From contig MU004189.1 in NCBI GenBank assembly GCA_010093605.1, positions 1,743,834 through 1,807,833 of the forward strand: a stretch of 64,000 bases of DNA, read 5' to 3'. This stretch comes from Lophium mytilinum (lineage: Eukaryota). A program made the position numbers and the translations under genes. Numbering within the stretch: the first letter of the stretch is position 1; each line of letters starts with the position of its first letter. Under the pieces are notes generated by a model. That model was not told the DNA's origin and searched no databases. It was given only the letters and a program-made list of their open reading frames with translations. Of the stretch, positions 1-13,050 are shown piece by piece.

Positions 1-1932
1 ACAAGACTCCTGAGAAATCTCGCATCGAGCGACAGCAGAGTCTGTTCATGGAATATGGCAGTGAAGAAATGATACCGCAGCTGGCGTCTCGCCTCCCTGA
101 TTTGATGAAAGCAAGCTTCATATCGAGCCCGCCTGTGCCTCAGCCAGCACACCAGCATCGCTTCCAAGTCCCGGCATTCTTGCCTCTTCCTACGCAAGAA
201 GACCATAGAGATCCTATCGCGATTCCGTCCGAGGGTCACACGGACCCCGCTCAGAGTCTGCCTATGATCGAACTGAATAAGATCTACCAGCGACTGAAGG
301 AATCACTGCGTCATAATGGCCTTCAGACCCGATTCGCATATCCTCACACTTCAGCAAATACGCTGGACGAATTGACTTATACCGACACATTAGCTAGAGC
401 GCTTGGATACTCAATTTCTGCCGTTGAGATAGCCCAGAGAGGAGTGGAGTCCCCCAACCCGAGAACTACTCTTTTGGACAAGATTCCACCACAGTCAATA
501 ACTCATTTGAGAATCTTCTCAGAGACCGTATCGTCATACTACGCAGTTGGTGGTCTTCGGAATTCCAGCGCATCTAAGACATGCCAAGAGTTCATGGACA
601 GTCGAGACAGGCAATTGCACCAGCTCTTCGTAGGACACCCCAATGTCTTTCCACAGAATGCGCTTCTTTACGAGGCTAAGGGAATATCTGCTCTTCTATA
701 CCAGGATCCATTCATCTTCCTCTCGGAGTGCGCAGTATGTTGTGTGCCATCACACAATCTGAACATATTCCATATGCTGCGACTTTGCTATCTTGCAGAA
801 CTTGTTCGAGTCGTCATTGCATATGCGGCTGACGACTCGAGTAATCCGTTTGGAAGCCCGGAAGACGCGCCTGTTATTGATATACCATCAGTGCACGGCC
901 ACTGGCAGCGCCCAGGCCCATTCATAAATCCCGACAAAAGCAGCGTTTCTCGAGAAGAAATTGAGGACCTGTCTTCGTTCGTAGGTCATATTGTCAACAA
1001 TGCCCGGCTACACGACTATCCATCCTCTGCTGTCTCAGGAAACCACGCCGATGCTACAGCCGCTAAGACCCTGGGGGACGAGAAGTTCTTCCGGTTCATG
1101 CATACGATGATGGAGACTTACGCCCTACCCTTCCTCCGAAAATGTGCCATCCTTTTGAACGTTCGCTATGGCTTAGAATTCCCCTCTACGCCTGTTGCTG
1201 TCTCAGAAGAGCGTGAGATTGTTCGGCTCACGTCCGTCCTCAAACTTCCTGCTTTCCAGGAAATTTTCCGCGACTTTTCCGCTAATAGCCCTGGCGGCGA
1301 AGCCACTCGAGCAACTGTGAGCGGGTGGTTGCGGCACTGGTCCTGGTCACGGGAGGGCAAGCGCCCCGCCAGACCGACTATATCGCTCGCGCATCCAGCC
1401 ATCTTTGAGCTTGTGGGATTGCCTCGAAACTACGACACTTTGACCGACGAAGCGATCCGGCGGAAGTGCCCCACGACTGGGAAGGAACTGACAGATCCTT
1501 GCGTGTGTCTGTTCTGCGGTGAGATATTCTGCAGTCAAGGCGTTTGCTGCATGAAGGATCGGAACAAAGGGGGTTGCTTCCAGCACCAGACAAAGTAAGT
1601 AAAACCACGATACTAAATTCCGCAAAGCAGCGATTTTTTCTCAAATTACTAACATATTCCACAGGTGCGGCGGCAATATTGGGCTCTTTATCAACATCCG
1701 AAAGTGCATGGTGCTCTTCATGAATATGTCAAACGGCACGTGGGCCGTGGCGCCGTATCTAGACAAGCATGGCGAGGTCGATCCAACATTGAGGCGGCAC
1801 CACCAGCTGTTCTTGAATCAGAAGAGATACGACCACCTTCTGAGACAGATATGGCTCCATCACGGCGTCCCGAGCATGATAGCGAGGAGATTGGAGGGGG
1901 ATGTGAATAACGGAGGCTGGGAGACTTTGTGA
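1..1932 (+). CDS. UBR1: N-end rule E3 ubiquitin ligase UBR1/UBR2-type, C-terminal part (5' end outside window)
   Basis: Translation contains the UBR1 C-terminal motifs LVGLPRNYD, C(P)TTGKELTDPCVCLFCGEIFC and APYLDKHGEVDPTLRRHHQLFLNQKRYD. Intron 1595-1664 (GTAAGT...TACTAAC...CAG) joins in frame to give TKCGGNIGLFINIRKC. Confidence 0.92.
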
Positions 1933-2737
1933 GTTTGATGTTTTGGCGTTCTGGCATGAGAAAGAGAACCCCATTTCTTAGGCATTTCCTGACTCCCGAG
2001 CGGCGTTTGGACGTAGGCACATGAGAGGTGCATCGGATTTGCGTCCGTCGGGTCTAGACTCCGGAAACGGTTACTTGGCCATTGGTAGTCCTTGGTCATG
2101 GGCGTGAGAGTCGATGAAGTCTGCTGTGGCTGTGCTCATGGTCATGAGAGAGTTATTCAGTTTTGCAGTGGTACAAGTGTAGTCTATTGAGAAGAGTCCT
2201 ATCGAGGAATAAGATAACCGTGCATTTCGTGAGTTCATGTTTCTGCCACGACTTTGAAGAGCGCGTGGATGAGTCAGGTATCTACGTTGAAGTCCTTAAC
2301 ATAAGTCTATGACCACTTTATTTTATTTAGTTCTAACCCGTGTTCTGGAGATCTGATGAGAATGATGAGCCACCCGGAACGAAACATTGTAAAAGGTAGA
2401 CTAAAAGAGTTAGGAGAGCTCTACACTGCGTTGCCTTAGCTTTACATCATATCTGAACTCCTGATCATGCATTGAATGATGTTATATAGTAGTGAGTAGC
2501 AGTGCACAGACTTATGCCCAGGCGCTGTGCAAAGTAATAGGTGAAAGGCCATGTCATGTTATCCGTTGGCCGGCTTGCCCAAGTAGATGCCAGCAAGCTG
2601 CTGTAGTCTCCATTACCACGACGCTTGCCATGTACAAACCAATGTCTTCACTCTGTAGAATAAAAGGAACAGAAGTATTTAGCAAGCACGAGAAGACAAC
2701 TCTCTCCATCAAACACCAATGACCCGAAAGATCCACC

Positions 2738-3349
2738 ATGCTCACAGTGCAAACAGCAATCAAGAAGTACCATACAAGCGTCTATAACTACCACATGGCC
2801 GACCTCCAGGATATTACAGACTCACACCTTGCTGCCATCAACGAAGCCGAAGCGATGGCAGCTCTGCAGTCTAACAAGCCTACTCCACCTCTCGCCGACC
2901 AACTTACAGAGCTCAGCAATTCCCTTACCAGCCTCGCGAAAGGCATCGATTCTTTCTTCGAAGGGCTCCCGATAGTCTACGCAAAAGATCCCCGGCCGTA
3001 TCCCGACCCGAACCTGCACTTCAAAGCCCATGTGCGCACAATGCTGGCCATGCTGCAGCCGCATCTCGATGTGCACCGCGGGGTCTTCAGGGCGCTGGAA
3101 CCATACCGTAAGGCCGGCGAGCAGGGCCACTTAGTTCGCAGCGAGACTTCTGGGCGGCAGGTCGACGAGTTGGAGAAGCTGGTGAAGGAGATCAAAGAGG
3201 TTACGAGGGTGGTGCATCGGACTTTCGGATACCCGGGTGTACCGAGGAGCAGGGGAGTGATATTGGAGTGTTTGAAGGGGGTGCAGCAGAGCGTAAAGCG
3301 GGAGCAGGAGCTCGTGAGAGTTTTGCTTGTGGAAGGGAATGCGACTTAG
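2738..3349 (+). CDS. hypothetical helical protein (start uncertain)
   Basis: 203-aa ORF with coding-like composition and amphipathic/coiled-coil-like segments. No family recognised. Confidence 0.55.
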   Translation: MLTVQTAIKKYHTSVYNYHMADLQDITDSHLAAINEAEAMAALQSNKPTPPLADQLTELSNSLTSLAKGIDSFFEGLPIVYAKDPRPYPDPNLHFKAHVRTMLAMLQPHLDVHRGVFRALEPYRKAGEQGHLVRSETSGRQVDELEKLVKEIKEVTRVVHRTFGYPGVPRSRGVILECLKGVQQSVKREQELVRVLLVEGNAT

Positions 3350-3782
3350 TGAGCGGAGACATAGGGAACTAGGCAAGATAGGATGGGAAGATTACGATAG
3401 TAGCGGAAGATTATCCTACAGTTCTTCTACAGTCCTAGACTATAATACTTGAGCTAGAGCAATTTGCTATCTTGGAAACGTGCTGAGTTTTTCTCATAAT
3501 CTCTACGTGGTACAGTGCCCGCCAGGGACAGTTTTGACACGTTATGATAGGTTTCAACAGAGGAGCCATTTGAGCGACATGTACTTATCCAGAAACTGCA
3601 GCCATAGCTGTTGGGCGTTGAAGCAACATTGTAGTGTCGTTGTGGTGTTGAAGGGATGTCAAGATTACCGTCAGGGGTTACGCGCACTGACGCAACGACC
3701 TCGCTAGGTCTTGCCCATCTATTTAATTCACTCGAAGCTCAGCTCCCTGTCGCAACGACATCCCCGCTTCAATTCGCCGGAA

Positions 3783-5264
3783 ATGGCTAATTCTAGGTCA
3801 TCACCGCCCTCCCAGCTTCGAGTCCTCTCCCTTAATTGCTGGGGACTGAAGTTCATAGCCAAATACCGTAATGAGCGCCTTGTAGAGATCGGAAACCAGA
3901 TCGCCGCCGCAAGCCCGCAGCCAGACATTGTCGGACTCCAAGAATGCTGGACGCAGCAGGACTACAATGCCATTCGCGATAGGACGCGGAGCTTCTTGCC
4001 ATATGGAAAATTCTACCATAGCGGTATCTTTGGGGGTGGTCTGGTGATTCTGTCGAGATGGCCCATCGTGGAGAGCAGTATGATGCGGTATCCATTGAAC
4101 GGGCGGCCAGCTGCATTCTACCGTGGAGATTGGTTTGTGGGCAAAGGAGTAGCTTGCGCACGCATACGAATGGGGCCAGGCAGGAGAGACATAGCTGAGG
4201 TGTTCTGTACACATGTTAGTACACACCTTCAAGCTCATACACGAAGCATACCTGACTGACTCTGGCAGCTCCATGCTCCTTACGAAACCGAGCCTCACGA
4301 CTCCTACATATGCCACCGAACAGCACAAGCATGGGAGATTGCAAAGCTCATGCGCGGAGCTGCAGAAAGAGGCCATCTTGTTGTTGCATTAGGGGATTTC
4401 AACATGGTCCCACTATCGCTCGCACATCGCATTATCGAAACGCAATCCCCAGGACGAGACGTCTGGAGAATACTACACCCCGACTCTTCTATTGGCGCCG
4501 CGAAGGACATGGTGGAGAAGCAGAGAGGGGTTCCTATGCCCAGTGCCCATTTCAACCTCACGGTCAATGGCGCAACATGCGACAGTGCGCTGAACAGCTG
4601 GCGCTGGAATGCAGCCCACAAAAAGCGTCTCCGGAAGGGCGAGAACGTGGTGATAGAACTCGACGTTCCCGACCCCAGCGCCAAACGCCTGGACTACATC
4701 TTCTTCAGCAGCGGACCACATCACGACAGCACGACCGGTGAGGCCACTTCGGAGTGGACGCTAGAATCTGCAAACGTCGGCATGACGGGAAGGCACCCTA
4801 CTTTGTATTGCTCTCTCAGCGACCACTTCTCTGTCGAAGCGACTCTAGTCCGCAGCGTTTCCGACGCTACTGAACCGTCTCGCAGCAATGGACCGTGGGC
4901 ACTACCGGAAACTTACCTACCGATCTCCACGTATGACGAAATCCTGGCGACCATTGCGAAGTACATGAGGCGGGAGCAGGTGCAGCGACAACTACGTCTT
5001 GGGCACTTCTTATACCAGCTCGTCCTCTCCATTGGCTGTCTGATTGCGGTGTGGTGGTCACCGCACAACTACGTTGCGTTCATCTTGATGCTCGTCAGCA
5101 CTCTGAGCCTGAGTACGGGCGTGATTGATGGCCTCATGGGCGGCTTGTTCGTAGGGAGCGAGTTGCGAGCGCTAAAGGAGTTCCAGTGGGAAGTTAGCAA
5201 TACCAGAGCACGAGCTGTCGATATCAGCGCGAAAGTCACCAAAGCTGTTGCTGGAGCCGAGTAG
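3783..5264 (+). CDS. ISC1: inositol phosphosphingolipid phospholipase C (neutral sphingomyelinase family, EEP fold)
   Basis: Motifs LSLNCWGLK, DIVGLQECW, GDWFVGKGVA, LGDFN, KRLDYIF and SDHFSV, plus two C-terminal TM helices. Intron ~4215-4268. Confidence 0.93.
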
Positions 5265-5820
5265 AGAGTCAACGTAGAGCAGCGATGCCTGGGTGTATAT
5301 AGGTGCATAGGGTTACGAGTCTGATGCATATTTGTAGCGTTCTAGCGTATTGTCTTGTATACATAATCTAAGATAGAGCATGCAAGCCCACAGCATGTTG
5401 AAATCCGACAGCATTCGCACATTCACCTCTTTCCTCTGCGCATTACTCGAGCATGCCCTCTGAAAAGTAGCCGTTGGCAGTATGGTTTTGTTTCGGTATT
5501 AATATGTACAGGACTACTAATGCGGCAAATGTGATCATGTTACGTTTGTAGTACCCCGTATTGTTCGGCTGACAACAGGACGGATCCGACTACTTAGAAT
5601 ATCCCACCGCCAAGACAACGCCGTTCAACATCTACGACGCCGATGCTCACCACCATCACCCCCTTATCCCCTCGCCCCCTCGAAGAACCCATTGTTACAC
5701 CTCTGTTTCTGCCGGCCAGAATCAACGCGCATATTCCGTTTGGTCGACCCGTAGATCGGCCTGTCGACAGACTGCAGCTTCCCGGTACCTAGACGCTGTT
5801 CCCACGGAACAGAACAAACG

Positions 5821-7714
5821 ATGAGCAATCCAGGCCAACAATCCCAAGGCGCACCGGGCGCACCGCAGCAAAATCCGCAGCTGCTAAAGCCTGAGGATGT
5901 TTTGAAGCTCACCTGCCTCAACGACGAGCAGAAGACCAAATACAGACCCGCCGTCGCCAGCCTGTGGGCCATGATCCAGGGCAAGCCGAAAGACTCGCCA
6001 GAGCGCATATCCGCCCACAACAAGCTGGCCGAATGGTCGCAGAAGCTGATCGGTCAGGAACGACTCCAACGACAGAAGGCACAGGCGGCACAGGCGGCAA
6101 ACCGGCCTCAGAGCCAGCCAAGCCAGCCCGGACAGCAGCCTCCGCAAGGCCAAACGATGAATCAGCCGCGACCGCAGATCCAGAATGCCCCGTCGCAGCC
6201 CATGCAAGGCGGCCAGCAGCAGCAACAGGTCAATCCCAGCATCTTAAAGCATGTCCAGGACTTTCCCTACCACATGCCCCCTGGCGGGCCTCTCCTGGGA
6301 ACACCCGAAGGCGATGCGAAGCTGAAGGAGTATAAGAACAGCTACCTCATTATGTTGACCAAGCAGGAAAAGGCGAAGTCAGCGAGTGCCCAGATTATGC
6401 GGATAATGGAGGAGCGGAGGAATGCCGGACAGGATGTGCCGCCAGAGCTGATTCAACGAAAGGCGGCCACGGAGCAAGAATACAATGCGGGAAAGCTGTA
6501 CGTGGATGACTTTCGCAAGAAGCAAGGACTGTGGAAGCAGCAGGCAGAGCAGCAACGGCTCCAGCAGACACAGCAACAACAACAGCAGCAGCAGCAGTCG
6601 CATAACCAACAGGGCTTCCCGCAAGTGAAGAGCGAAGTGCCCATCAAGACGGAGGGCGGCAATACAGCTCCCGGTGGACAGCAATTCACCAACATGCAAA
6701 TGGGCGGTCAGCCGGGCACGCAGCAACCAAACTCGCAGGGACCAGCACACAACCTGAACGCCGCTCGAAACTCGATGTCTTCGGCGCCGCAACAACCCGG
6801 CCAGGCCCCATTCACTCCCCAGTCCTCACAGGGACAAAATCCATCGGGCCAGATAAATCAACAGCACAACAATTTGAATGCACAGCGCCCGCAGATCAGC
6901 CCCGCGCAAGCCAACGCCCATGCACAACAACAGCAGCAGAACTCACCTCACCCACAGTCCGCAACCGGTAACAACCCCACTGGCCCGCCTGTTCCTCTCT
7001 CTCACCGAGACGCTGTCGGTCTCGCCCAGCGCTCTTACTCACAAGGTGAAGCCAATCGCAATTCCGCGCCGCAGCAGATGCCGACCAGCGCGGGGGGCTA
7101 CCACAGCATCCCAAACCGCGACCAGATGAACAACACCAAGATGCCCATTCCCAAGACGCTGAACGTAGCGCAGCCGACACCCGTCTCTATGGGACCCGCC
7201 CGACCTACCTTAGGGGGCCCCGGAAACGGCGCGCCGGGCATGATGGGCCAGCCCGTCATGCAGAAGGTGCCGACTTTCCAGCTTGAGGGTGAAGGTGATA
7301 GGGTGCTTAGCAAGCGCAAGCTAGACGAGCTCGTGCGGCAGGTCACTGGTGGCGGTGAGGGGCCGGGTGGGGAGTCGCTGACTCCGGAAGTCGAAGAGGT
7401 GCGGCCCTGTTGTATACCTCTACAAACACACATCATGAGCTAACAGTTTGTGACAGGCGATGCTTCAGCTTGCGGACGACTTTGTCGATACGGTCATCAG
7501 CTCGGCGTGCAAGCTCAGCAAGCTGCGCGAGTCGCCACAGCTAGATATCCGCGACCTCCAGCTCATCCTCGAACGTAACTACAACATCCGCATTCCGGGC
7601 TACGCATCCGACGAGATCCGCACCGTGAAGAAGCTGCACCCGGCACAAGGGTGGACGGCGAAGATGAACGCCGTTCAGGCAGCCAAAGTCATGGGTGGGA
7701 AGACTGATATCTAG
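5821..7714 (+). CDS. TAF12: TFIID/SAGA subunit TAF12
   Basis: Q-rich N-terminus, then histone fold RVLSKRKLDELVRQV...LADDFVDTVISSACKLSKLR...LQLILERNYNIRIPGY. Intron 7399-7456. Confidence 0.93.
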
Positions 7715-8606
7715 TAATTGATTTACAGTTTTTCTAAAATTGTACTAACTTCTCATTCTGTCGTAGTGGCTGATCAGCGGGCCAAAGAAGAACGCGAGCG
7801 CGAGAAACAGAAGAAGTTGGACCTGAAGAGGAGGAAGGAGCTCGCGATTCAGAGTCTGAAGAGACCGAAGAATTATGCAAGCAATTTTGACGGTCTCTGC
7901 AAGGAAGTCGGTATTGCTACAGGACAGAACAATCTTACCAATTCTAGTGCGAGAAAGGACTCGGTGCACGATCGGCCTTGAATCAGCCTCCCGAGGCCTT
8001 GAGGTCAGACGCCGCTTGGGGTCCGTGACGGTAATTCAAGGTTTCCAAATTTCAGGCGCTATGGAGCATTTCATTCACGGCAACTATCCTTGGGTGGGCT
8101 CGGAAGGCGCTCATGGGCTGTTGGGTGCACCTCGTGTTGCTGCTTTCTTTCTTTTTGCCATACCCAGAGTGTTCATAATGGCTTGTGGAATATCTTCGAT
8201 ATCTCCAAGGAGGGGAGTTTTGCGTTTATGCTGCATATAAGCTGAAAATCATTTCCAATCAGGTTGAAGCGGGAAATAGGGCAGGATATCAACGAATACT
8301 AAGCCTGGTATCATATGAAAATACTATTTTACCTCGTGGCTGCTGTGTCCAAACAATGATTGGGGTTGTTAGGGTCATGAAGCATATGATGGGAGGTCCA
8401 AATGAGATATGTGACGAAAGATACAACAGAAGACCAATCTCGAATCTCTTATCATTAGCCTATCATGCTCTATAATAGATATATCGTGAGAATCACGAGA
8501 CGGACGACCTGTGTCATAGCCTCTATGCACAACCCTCCACGGTCAAGCTAGCCAGCCCTATGCCCAGCGTTTGCTCTACACATTCCATGCACAACTCCCA
8601 AATCAT

Positions 8607-9797
8607 CTACGCTCCCTCTCCAGTAGTCCCACCAACCTGTGCCTTGACGCCCCTCCACGCATCCGAAAACACCAAATCCGGCTCTTCGCCACCCCTATCC
8701 CGCCACCCCCAGCACACACAGTAATGCCCCAACAGCAGGCCTAACTCCTCAAATTCGTCCAGCATCTCCAACGCCCCGACCCGCTCCTTCTCGGCTTCGC
8801 TCACCCACTCCCGCCACACAAACCCGGTGTCCACGCCTCCTTGCCCCGCGTCAAACCCCGCTGTTTTGAGCCGGGTTATCTGCGACGCAAGGTCCGGGTA
8901 TGTGGCGAGGGTGTGTAAGTGGATGTTCCTCGACTTAAGGTTCGAGACCATGGTGCGGCCGAAGGCGTCATGGGGGCGGACGGGCTCGTAGAGGACGAGG
9001 GCGCAGGGGGTGGTGGGGGAGAGATGGTGGGTTGAGAGGGTAGTGAGGATGGCGGAGGCAGTGGTGGGCGGGAGGTAGACGAGGCAGCATTCTGAGAGGA
9101 GGAGAGTAGGGGTGGAGGGGTTGAGGTTTGGGAGCGGTGGTGGGGTAGGCGAGGCGAGGGTCCGTAGGTCGAGAGCTGTGATGTGGTAGGTGGGCGTACT
9201 TAGGGACGTTCCATCTGTAGAGATGGTAGGGGGGTGAGAGAGGAGGGAGAGTATGGCGGGGGAGCGCTGGATGGCGGCGATTTTGGACGAGGTGTTGCAG
9301 GGGAAATCGATCTCATGGTAGGTTAGATCTAGAGACGGGTACGCCGAGAGGAGGCGAAAGTAGCGCGTGTCTGTTCCCGCGCCCAAGGAGATGATCTGCT
9401 TGGGCGAGCCGGGCGCGGTGGTGAGGAATTGGAGGATGAGCTGGTCGAGGCCGGTGGTGCGGACGTATGTGCCTAGACTTCGGCATGAGCGTCGCTCTGT
9501 GTACTAAGAAAGTGTTGGTAGGAGTGGTAGGAAGGTACCTCTGTTGAGAAGAGGTAGACGCCGCACCGTCTGCTGTGTGGCGAATACCTTTGCATATGGG
9601 TCGTCGAGATAGCCCAGCTCTACGCAGCTCACTCGCGAGCCCGCTGCATCCTGATCTGTGCCCTTCACGGCCTCATCTTTAGCAGCTTCGCTGGTTTCAT
9701 GGCTGATGGGAGCTCTGGGACCGCGTCCTCGCCCGCGTAGTCCTCCGCGGCGCTGGGCGAGTAGCGATTTCAGGTTTGGGATCTCCGGAGCAGCCAT
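8607..9797 (-). CDS. PPM1: leucine carboxyl methyltransferase 1 (PP2A methyltransferase)
   Basis: Motifs TDQDAAGSRVSCVELGYLDDPY, LPLLNRGTYVRT, QIISLGAGTDTRYF, HEIDF, LLLSECCLVY and EMLDEFEEL. One intron ~9473-9538. Confidence 0.92.
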
Positions 9798-10138
9798 GAT
9801 GGTGCACGATATTTGTCGTGGTGTTGAGCTTTAGGCTCACGTCATAAAGTGGCAGGGGTCCATGTCCCTTCACCCTGAAGGTGCGATGCACGGGAGGAAC
9901 ATCGGTGTTCAATGTGGAAGCTGGAGGAGACACCTCTCATATCGATTACAGGACTGTCCAAAGTTAATGGCACTTCTAATGATGTTCCAGCATCGACGGG
10001 GTGCTTCTTTTGGCGAGCACGTGAAGCTAAGCTCGCCGTTTACCGAAGATCTCCCGGCGCGTGAGGCTCTTCGTCCTTTCTTTCAACTTTGTCGACGACC
10101 CTTCTCGACTTCCTTACCTTACTAACCCCCAACACGGG

Positions 10139-10170
10139 ACTGCGACACTGCGACACTGCGACACTGCGAG
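10139..10170 (+). repeat. 8-bp tandem repeat (ACTGCGAC)x4 just upstream of the RPB5 start codon
   Basis: Read directly: actgcgac actgcgac actgcgac actgcgag. Confidence 0.85.
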
Positions 10171-10181
10171 ATCGACCCAGT

Positions 10182-11002
10182 ATGGATTCCGACAGGAGTA
10201 ACAGCGCGGCCATGATCCGGATGTGGCGCATCTACCGCACCGCGAAAGAAATGTGCATGGATAGAGTACGCGCAACACTGCAACAAAGCTGCTCCTCTGG
10301 TTGCTAACAGCTTTGCAGGGCTACCAGATGCTGGAAGAAGACATCAACATCTCACTATCCGAGTTCGTCGACCGCTTTGGCAAAGAGGGAGAACTCGAGC
10401 CCGAGTGAGTGCGCCCGCTTCTTGTATGCGAGCTCGCCCAGCTAAACGTCCTCTCTTGCAGCCGCTCTCGCATGGGCTTCAGCGCGAAACCCACCGAGGC
10501 CATGTTGATCAAATACACCGACCCGCCTACTCCCAAGGTCCCGAACCCCCAGCCCCAGATCGGCGAGATCTGGATCGACTTCAGCGGCGACGAGAACGTC
10601 GGCCTGAAGCAGTTGCGCGACTTCATGCAGCACCTTGTCTCGACTAGCTACTACTCCGGCATCCTCGTCACCCCGAAGCCCATCACCGGTATGGCCCTGC
10701 GTCTGCTGCGGGGCAGCACACAGTTCGAGGATGGTCCTCGCGGCGGCGTCGAGACATTCGAGGAGCAGCACTTGCTGGTAAATATCACAAAGCATGAGTT
10801 GGTGCCCAAGCACGTGCTTCTGAGCAAAGAGGAGAAGGCGCAGCTACTAGAACGCTACCGGTTGAAGGAGACACAGCTGCCTCGGATTCAGGTCACCGAT
10901 CCGGTGGCCAAGTATCTGGGGCTGAGGAGAGGGCAAGTGGTCAAGATCATTCGGAGGAGTGAGACAGCGGGCAGGTATGCCAGTTACCGATGGGCAATAT
11001 GA
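10182..11002 (+). CDS. RPB5: RNA polymerases I/II/III shared subunit RPB5
   Basis: RMWRIYRTAKEMCMDRGY at the N-terminus; LLVNITKHELVPKH...QLPRIQVTDPVAKYLGLRRGQVVKIIRRSETAGRYASYR at the C-terminus. Introns ~10266-10318 and ~10405-10461. Confidence 0.96.
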
Positions 11003-11285
11003 AAAGGCACAATCGTGCAGCGAGGCGTTTGGCGGCATTGAATCCTGCTTTGGCTAGGGTTGGAGTTTGGGCGGGTGGGATAGTAATCGATTGTATCAAA
11101 AGAAAACGGGCGACGCCTGCCATCAGGTTCGTTGCTAGGCGCAGAATTTTGAGGAAATGCCCCTGAAAAGGCTAGACAGGAGAAATTTCTATAAGATTTG
11201 AGTATTACTGGTTAATCCTTGGATTAGGTACGGCGTGTAACATCAAGCATCATTAGCTACCGTCTTACGAAGATGTATGCAGTAT

Positions 11286-13050
11286 CTACAACATCGCCTT
11301 CTCTCCCACCGCATCCCTAACCTTCACCCCGACTTCTGCACCCTTTCGGTCCCTTAGCATCCTTCGCAGGATTTTCCCGCTCGCGGACTTCGGAATCTCA
11401 TCTACAAATTCTACCTCCTTGATCCACTTATATCTTGTTTTCCTTTCTCTTACCCACTTCATCAACGCCCGTCCCACCCCCTCATCCGCATTAACTCCAT
11501 CTTTCAGCACTACAAATGCCTTCGGGAGCTCGCCTGAATAGTCATCCTTAATTCCCATCACCGCCACATCTTCAACCTCTGGGTGCCCTAACAGGAGATC
11601 TTCCAACTCCGCCGGCGCAACTCCGATCCCCTTTACCTTTATCATCTCCTTGATCCGGTCCAGGATATGAATCATTCCCTCCTCATCCATGGCTCCCTGA
11701 TCGCCAGTTCGCAACCACCCATCCACGAACGTCTCTTGCGTCGCCTTCTCGTTCCCTAGATACCCCATGACGATCTGCGGACCCCGTGCGAGAATCTCTC
11801 CAGCCTCTCCAACTCCCGCTTCGGTCCCGTCTTCTTTGATGACTTTCACTTCCGTGTTTGCGACCACCGCGCCGCCCGTGTGTGCGTATTTGTAGTCATA
11901 CTTCTCCGGGGGATGCGCTGTTATACACGAGCACGACTCCGTCATCCCATAGCCTTGCTTAAAGCCCGTCCCCGGGAACTTCTTCTTTAGCAGCTGGATG
12001 ATCTCCTCGCTCAGAGGCGCCGCACCAGAAGAGAAGCGTGTCACGTGGCTCAAGTCGTAGTCGTTGACTTCCTTGTCCCGTACTAGGCGAATGATGATAG
12101 GCGGAACGAGGAGGAGCTCGGTAAGCTTGTAGTCGACGATTGTTTTCAGCATTCCGGGCATCGTAAATTGCGGGAGCATGATAACTTCAGCGTTGAGGAG
12201 AACGGGGAGGTGCAGTTGGTGCACGAGGCCAGTGATATGGAAGAGCGGCAGGACGGCCATGATCTTGCGGTGTGTGACGGGGGTGATTTGTTGGATCTGG
12301 AGACATTGGGCTATCACGTTCTGGTGGGATATCATGACCTGTGCATAGAAAAATCAACATCAACACCACCTTCTCACCACCACGAAACTCGAGACCCTGA
12401 ATCAAACTCACAGCCTTAGGCAGCCCAGTAGTCCCACTACTGAAACTCAAATACCCACACACATCCCCATTCCTCTTTCCGGGGGGAATCTTCCAACTCC
12501 CCACCTGCCTCCCTTCCCCCTCCCTCCTCCCCTCCTCCACAAGCTCCTGCACCGTCTTAAACCCCTCCACCCTCCCCTCCAGCAAAATCACCCTCTCCCG
12601 CCCCAATCCCACCCTCTCCGCCGCCTCAACCGCCACCCGCAAACTCCCCTCCATCGTCATCAGAAACCGCGCCTTCGCCGTCTTCAGCGCATACGCCATC
12701 TCCTCCACCCCGTACGCCGGGCTCGCGCCGCTGATCACCGCCCCTGCGCGCAGGCCCCCGAACATGGCGATGGGGTACCAGATGCTGTTTTGCGAGAAGA
12801 GCGAGATGGTTTCCCCCGGCTGCAGGCCGTGGTGCTTGACGAGCGCGGTGGCGAGGTGTGTGCTTAGGGTGCGGACTCGGGCGTAGTCGAGGCGGGCGCC
12901 CGTGGCGGCGTTGGTGTAGCCGCCTAATGGGCCGGCAGAGGTGGGGGATGATGGGGTGAGGGGCGAGTAGGGGGAGTCGAAGAGCCAGTCCCAGGCGGTG
13001 AGGGAGGAGGGGATGTCGAGCGGGGGTTGGTGGGATTTGAAGATTGTCAT
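11286..13050 (-). CDS. AMP-dependent acyl-CoA synthetase, 4-coumarate/phenylacetate-CoA ligase-like
   Basis: ANL-family motifs FSSGTTGLPKAV, QGYGMTE, GWLRTGD, DRIKEMIKVKG and IPKSASGKILRR. Intron ~12340-12411. C-terminus -AML resembles a PTS1 variant. Confidence 0.9.

Noticed and set aside
5884..7436. Long antisense or alternate-frame ORFs over TAF12 (and similarly over other CDSs)
   Set aside because: Shadows of biased codon usage in the real gene. No independent motifs.
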